DNA from: a virus
Lineage: Duplodnaviria > Caudoviricetes
Virus record (IMG/VR): IMGVR_UViG_3300037440_000142
Coordinates: 1-51,586 of that record
Length of the DNA stretch: 51,586 nt
Reading direction: 5' to 3' (one strand)
Part shown: piece by piece, positions 47,370-51,586 of the stretch
How the letters are laid out: every line of letters starts with the position of its first letter
Numbering within the stretch: position 1 is the first letter of the stretch
Position numbers and translations under genes: made by a program
The notes under the pieces: generated by a model
Told to the model about the DNA's origin: nothing
Databases searched by the model: none
The model's input: the letters and a program-made list of their open reading frames with translations, nothing else

Positions 47370-47638
47370 CGGTTATTCCGAAATTTCGTACCAGTGGTTG
47401 CCCATTGGCATCATGGTTATCGTTATTCCGAAATCTGCCACTCCTGTTCTTACTCGCCTGTGCCCCGCAAACAGAATACGACAGACAGGACCGGCTTAAC
47501 AGGGCACAAGACGAATTCGCCATGAGGGAAGAGGCTTGTAATAGAGCTGGTGGATTTATGGTTATTCCGCGTTACGGGTCTCCAAGATTTGAACCCGATG
47601 CGCGAGAACTGGAAATGGCTACTTGCGGGAGATTATGA
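47366..47638 (+). CDS. Putative lipoprotein
   Basis: LLFLLAC lipobox-like motif. Confidence 0.45.
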   Translation: MTVIPKFRTSGCPLASWLSLFRNLPLLFLLACAPQTEYDRQDRLNRAQDEFAMREEACNRAGGFMVIPRYGSPRFEPDARELEMATCGRL

Positions 47639-47793
47639 CGGTGGCCGGGCGCTACTCCGGCTCTGGCAACCATCAGAGTCTCGTTATTCCACACCCCACA
47701 TTTGTGTTGCGTGGCCGAGTGTCGCCCGCTCTACGCGCGTGTCTGCTTTCCACGCCGCACCGTCGATAACGATTATACACTGAGGAAAACCAA

Positions 47794-48198
47794 ATGAGAA
47801 TGTTTTTAATGGCCGCATTAGCGGCTTTTTCTTTATCTGCCTGTGCCGTTCTAACCGAAGGCAATGCAGATGCCAAGCTAATCGTTCAATACAGCGTTAT
47901 CAAAGTTGCGGAGAATGACAAGGCAAAGGCCGCGCGTATTGCGGAGATTGCTACCGAAGTCAAGAAATACTCCGGCGGAGAGACGCTTATCACGGTTGAA
48001 CTCCTGGTTGAGGCGATCCGAAACGAGATCCGCTGGGATGAATTGGACGCCGCAGATGCATTGCTGGTGAATGCATTGCTTGAGCGCCTGCGATCAGAAC
48101 TCGTAGAACGTCTCGGAGACGGTGTATTGCCAGAAGACTTACGTCTTGCTGTTGATGTGTTGGCCGGGTGGATTATCGAAGCCACGCTGTTAGTTTGA
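47794..48198 (+). CDS. Putative lipoprotein (lysis module)
   Basis: MRMFLMAALAAFSLSAC lipobox; GAGG SD. Confidence 0.7.
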   Translation: MRMFLMAALAAFSLSACAVLTEGNADAKLIVQYSVIKVAENDKAKAARIAEIATEVKKYSGGETLITVELLVEAIRNEIRWDELDAADALLVNALLERLRSELVERLGDGVLPEDLRLAVDVLAGWIIEATLLV

Positions 48199-48199
48199 G

Positions 48200-48586
48200 A
48201 TGGCCCCGCTCAATGTCGAATACCTGTCAGACGGTAAATGGAGACTGACAGGCGAACTTGCCTACACCCATTACGACTACGGCACCATTGTTGTCCCCAC
48301 AGGAACTGTCACTGATTTTGACAGCATTCCAAGGCTGCCATTTGCACATTGGTTGCTTAAGAACAGCACGGTAACGGGTGCAGTAGTTCATGACTACCTG
48401 TATTCCACAGGATGCATCAACGATGACCCCATAACCCGCGCACAAGCCGATAAGGTGTTTTTGGACGCCATGAAAGATGAAGGGGTCGGTTGGTGGCGTC
48501 GTCGGATGATATGGACGGGTGTTCGTACAGGCGGATGGATTGCGTGGAACAAACACCGGGACAGGGACGAGCCGACGTTTATCTAA
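48200..48586 (+). CDS. DUF1353 family protein
   Basis: VP.G.VTD..SIPR, AVVHDYLY, AD.VF..AM, GVR.GG. Confidence 0.85.
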   Translation: MAPLNVEYLSDGKWRLTGELAYTHYDYGTIVVPTGTVTDFDSIPRLPFAHWLLKNSTVTGAVVHDYLYSTGCINDDPITRAQADKVFLDAMKDEGVGWWRRRMIWTGVRTGGWIAWNKHRDRDEPTFI

Positions 48587-48749
48587 TGGTCTGGATCGTC
48601 TAGTGGCAAAGACCCGACATTGTAAGTCGGGAACGGAGTGTTCGATTCCTCCTCCAGACCAACCAATACCTCATATTTTATCTATATGTCCCGAGGATTT
48701 GTAACCTCACTCTTTACCAATAACTCAGTGTCACTCTGAGGATTACTCA

Positions 48750-48893
48750 ATGGATTGGCCAAGCTTCATTGCTGGAATGTTCCTACTTCCGGCCTTGATG
48801 TTTGTTTGTTACTACATCGTCCCTGAAATATCCCGGCTGTTTCGCTGGGTGTCTCAGAAACTATTCAATCTGTTTAACAGGTGGGCCGGATGA
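48750..48893 (+). CDS. Small membrane protein
   Basis: GAGG SD; one transmembrane segment; ATGA overlap with the next gene. Confidence 0.5.
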   Translation: MDWPSFIAGMFLLPALMFVCYYIVPEISRLFRWVSQKLFNLFNRWAG

Positions 48894-49123
48894 AGGTAGT
48901 TGAGGTGCTTTGGGATGATGCCTTTATAGACACTTGCGACATCTCTCTGAAGAAAGCTCGGAAGCTGAAACCAATCAGACGCAGTACAGTCGGCTTCTTA
49001 GTAGCAAATAACGATACCGGCCTTGTTCTCGTGACGGACAAATACGAAAAAGATAAAAAGTACGTCAACACACCCATGGTTATTCCTCATGGCATGATTG
49101 TCGAATGGTGGGAGTACAAATGA
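48890..49123 (+). CDS. Conserved hypothetical phage protein
   Basis: V.V.WDDA..STVGFL..IP.GMI. Confidence 0.7.
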   Translation: MKVVEVLWDDAFIDTCDISLKKARKLKPIRRSTVGFLVANNDTGLVLVTDKYEKDKKYVNTPMVIPHGMIVEWWEYK

Positions 49124-49239
49124 AACAGGCTTTCAAAACCGCAATAGCGATGGTAATTGTCCTCGCTGTAGTCGCAGTCCTGATATATCAGTCCTTCTGG
49201 ACCGGCGTGCTGTACGGCTATTTGAGCGCATTCTGACTC

Positions 49240-50001
49240 GTGCGAACTCGCCATCTCTGGATTCCCGACGCGCAGGTCAGGGAGGGAGTCCCAACCAAGC
49301 ACATTGAAGCGCTTGGGAATTACATCGAAGAAAAGCGCTTTCCGAAAATCATAGTTGCAGGTGACTGGTGGGACATGCCCACCACGAGCAATTTTAACAC
49401 AGCCAAGGAGCAGGAAGGGCTTCGCGTTGTCGATGACATAGAGTCCGGCAATCGGGCGATGAACTTGCTATGGAAGGCCGTAAACAAGCGCAACAAGAAA
49501 GTAGCGGGATGGAAAAAGAAGCAGTACGCGCCAGAGAAGTATTTCCTGTTCGGCAATCACGAGGTCCACCTTGAGAGACTTTGGCAGAAAGATCCGAGAT
49601 TGGAGGGCTTGATTGGCTACAACCTGCTAAACCTGGAAGGATTCAAGATTTACCAATTCCGCGAGATCCTTGAACTGGACGGTATAGGCTACAGTCACTA
49701 CTTCTACAACTCGTCTTCGGGCAAGCCATTCGGCGGAATGATTGAGACGCGTCTCAAGAATATCGGATTCAGCTTCACTCAGGGCCACTCTCAAGAATTC
49801 GCATACGGCGAGAGACAGTTACCTAACGGTAGGCGTCTGTTTGGGTGTGTTGCCGGGGCGTTCTACATGCACAACGAGGACTACAAGGGCCCGCAAGGCA
49901 ACAAGCATTGGCGCGGCGTAATCGTCAAGAACGAAGTGAAAAACGGCGAGTACGACATTATGAAGATATCCATCGACTACCTGTTGCGTAAATATCTGTA
50001 G
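49240..50001 (+). CDS. Calcineurin-like metallophosphoesterase
   Basis: IPDAQ, GDWWD, GNHE, SHY, GHSQ motifs. Confidence 0.85.
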   Translation: MRTRHLWIPDAQVREGVPTKHIEALGNYIEEKRFPKIIVAGDWWDMPTTSNFNTAKEQEGLRVVDDIESGNRAMNLLWKAVNKRNKKVAGWKKKQYAPEKYFLFGNHEVHLERLWQKDPRLEGLIGYNLLNLEGFKIYQFREILELDGIGYSHYFYNSSSGKPFGGMIETRLKNIGFSFTQGHSQEFAYGERQLPNGRRLFGCVAGAFYMHNEDYKGPQGNKHWRGVIVKNEVKNGEYDIMKISIDYLLRKYL

Positions 50002-50048
50002 CGAGTTTAGAAATCGTTCGAAAGGTACAGCTACAATGGACAATTCTT

Positions 50049-50456
50049 ATGTTCGATAAACCGCACCAAACACGGACTTATGTTCACGATAAGGCGGGCC
50101 AATGTGGAGATATCTGCTGTTCTCGAATTGAGAACGAACGTAGCGAATCTGAGAACGCGGAACACACCCCACAGGGTATGGCTACAGAATATACCCTAAA
50201 TGGTATACCAAGATATTTGAGCGATGCCGGAGAAACTTATATGCCCGGTGGGAATGTTGATATGCAGAGCCACATCGCACCTGACGAATTATCTACAAAA
50301 GTAGATAAGATCAAGGCCCGCATCAGCCACATGCGCTGTTATTCTGGGCTGCAAAAATATCCTTATGACGAGGGAATAGAGGGACTTAAAACCAGCTTGA
50401 TATGCACACTCAATATCTTGAGTGATGTTGTGAGCTTGTTGAAGGAGAAGGGTTAG
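50049..50456 (+). CDS. Hypothetical protein
   Basis: Open frame that converges on the leftward genes. Confidence 0.4.
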   Translation: MFDKPHQTRTYVHDKAGQCGDICCSRIENERSESENAEHTPQGMATEYTLNGIPRYLSDAGETYMPGGNVDMQSHIAPDELSTKVDKIKARISHMRCYSGLQKYPYDEGIEGLKTSLICTLNILSDVVSLLKEKG

Positions 50457-50662
50457 GGCTCTTTATCTGTCTCGACCGATTCTGAGTGCAGCGCGAAAAT
50501 CTCGTTCCCCAACCTTTGGTTTTCCTCCCGCAGGCCCTCGATTTCGTCGGCGGCTTCTTTGCACAATGGGCCAATCTCGATATCTGCACCATCAGTTGCC
50601 TTGATGGCATAAGTGTTCGAGCACAATCGTAAGCGTGTCGTTAGGGCGCGTTTGTCAGCCAC
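50453..50662 (-). CDS. Hypothetical protein
   Basis: AGGAG SD; EAADEIE.LR motif. Confidence 0.6.
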   Translation of the reverse strand: MADKRALTTRLRLCSNTYAIKATDGADIEIGPLCKEAADEIEGLREENQRLGNEIFALHSESVETDKEP

Positions 50663-50705
50663 TGTCCTTCTCCTGTACTGAATTTTACCACAAACCAGGT
50701 ACTAA

Positions 50706-50880
50706 CATGGACGAACACGAAGTCTGTCGAAAGCAAATCCAGAAGCTCGAATCTGAACTTAACGAATCCCACGAACGGGAAGCGGAACAGGAAATCGAGC
50801 TCGCGGAAAAGGATCAGCTCATTGCAGCCTTAACTGCGGAGCTTATGCGGTATCGTGTCGATCGGGAATTTGCTGCTTAG
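50706..50880 (+). CDS. Small coiled-coil hypothetical protein (start approximate)
   Basis: MDEHEVCRKQIQKLE... coiled coil. Confidence 0.4.
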
Positions 50881-51063
50881 TTCTGCTTCGTCAATGAACT
50901 TACGTAGGCGCATTTCCCTGCCGTTCTCCAGCATCCAGTCCGGCGAAACCCCACCCAGCATCGGGTTATCTGTCCTGAACCACATGGCAGCCTTTTCGCT
51001 ATTGTTGCCAAGAAGATTTTTGACACGCTCAAAATGTGGATATCTTTTCCCCATATCAATCAT
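50830..51063 (-). CDS. Xre/MbcA/ParS antitoxin C-terminal domain (DUF2384-like), stand-alone
   Basis: LLG..EKA..WF...NP.LGG.SP..ML..G; GGGAG SD. Confidence 0.75.
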   Translation of the reverse strand: MIDMGKRYPHFERVKNLLGNNSEKAAMWFRTDNPMLGGVSPDWMLENGREMRLRKFIDEAELSSKFPIDTIPHKLRS

Positions 51064-51069
51064 CTCCCG

Positions 51070-51249
51070 TTATGCAGCATCTTGTGGCTTAAGGCTTGAA
51101 ACATCTTGCCTGTACCGCCATTCGACTATTGCTCTATTCGCCACGAATACAGGACTAGTGTAGCCGCCACGAATAGCTGCGATATAGACCTCCCTCCAGA
51201 ATTCATCTTCATTGTCCGACAAAAATCTCCTGCTTGTTTGTAATGGCAT
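51070..51249 (-). CDS. Hypothetical protein
   Basis: GGAG SD; MPLQTSRRFLSDNEDEFWREVYIAAIRGG... Confidence 0.55.
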   Translation of the reverse strand: MPLQTSRRFLSDNEDEFWREVYIAAIRGGYTSPVFVANRAIVEWRYRQDVSSLKPQDAA

Positions 51250-51381
51250 TCAATTCTCCAATATAAGTCCTAACGTACAATCAGACACTCTAGAACAGCC
51301 AATCCACGCACGATCTCGCCTAATCAGTACCATGGGTGCGGGTAGGGATATTGGGGCTAGAATGGCGGTTTTTGACTGCTC

Positions 51382-51586
51382 TATTCCTTCTCCGGGAATA
51401 GCTTGTTGTGCAATTCCTCCCCAACACGCTTGGCGTGGTCGATGTCCTCTTGCGTCCAAACGTCGCTGTCCTTCTCCGACTGTCGCTGTATCCGAGCTTC
51501 GAGAGCTTCCCGTGCCGCCTTCGGTATCTGGCTTTCCCACATGACATACCAGCCCATGAAGTCGGCTACCTCCTGAACGTAGTCGC
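51382..51586 (-). CDS. Partial hypothetical protein entering from the window end
   Basis: Open frame DYVQEVADFMGWY...LFPEKE* with no stop to the window edge. Confidence 0.5.

Larger units (their letters stand above)
1..51586. mobile_element. Temperate P22-like podophage genome, apparently complete or nearly so
   Basis: Immunity switch, early genes, Q-like regulator, terminase, portal, capsid, P22-type tail and ejection proteins, tailspike and lysozyme in lambdoid order; no host housekeeping genes; both ends lie in leftward early ORFs. Confidence 0.93.

Noticed and set aside
13503-49556. Numerous minus-strand ORFs across the late region
   Set aside because: Antisense shadows of well-supported, tightly coupled plus-strand genes
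50047-50088. Two TTATGTTC sequences resembling XerD arms
   Set aside because: No ATAA-ending XerC arm at 6-nt spacing
1-51586. Integrase, ParA/ParB, DNA polymerase, helicase, intact tRNA or rRNA genes
   Set aside because: No matching motifs recognised by eye; HMM and tRNAscan searches are needed to confirm absence

Overview
The window looks like a complete or nearly complete genome (~51.6 kb) of a temperate, P22-like short-tailed dsDNA phage, probably of a Proteobacterium. Order: leftward early genes (SSB-like, HNH-like); a compact cI/cro switch with PL, PR and four CCCA-N4-TGGG operators; rightward early genes (MT-A70 methyltransferase, minimal replication protein, resolvase, Q-like antiterminator); a late operon opening with modification enzymes and adhesin/fibre genes; then terminase, portal, GroES, capsid, P22-type tail and ejection proteins, tailspike and lysis. 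I found no integrase or partition gene. Instead, an HTH+DUF3653 (XafT-like) gene sits next to a dif-like site with a good XerC arm, an E. coli-type TGTATA core and a degenerate XerD arm. This is the TLC-phi integration architecture and suggests a tailed phage that integrates using host XerCD. Other notable items: a tRNA-shaped ncRNA candidate, a second structured RNA region, a G-x-L-x-(L/F)-T-G-x-A-P repeat shared by five virion proteins, and candidate virion-modifying enzymes. All family calls come from motif recognition by eye, not database searches.
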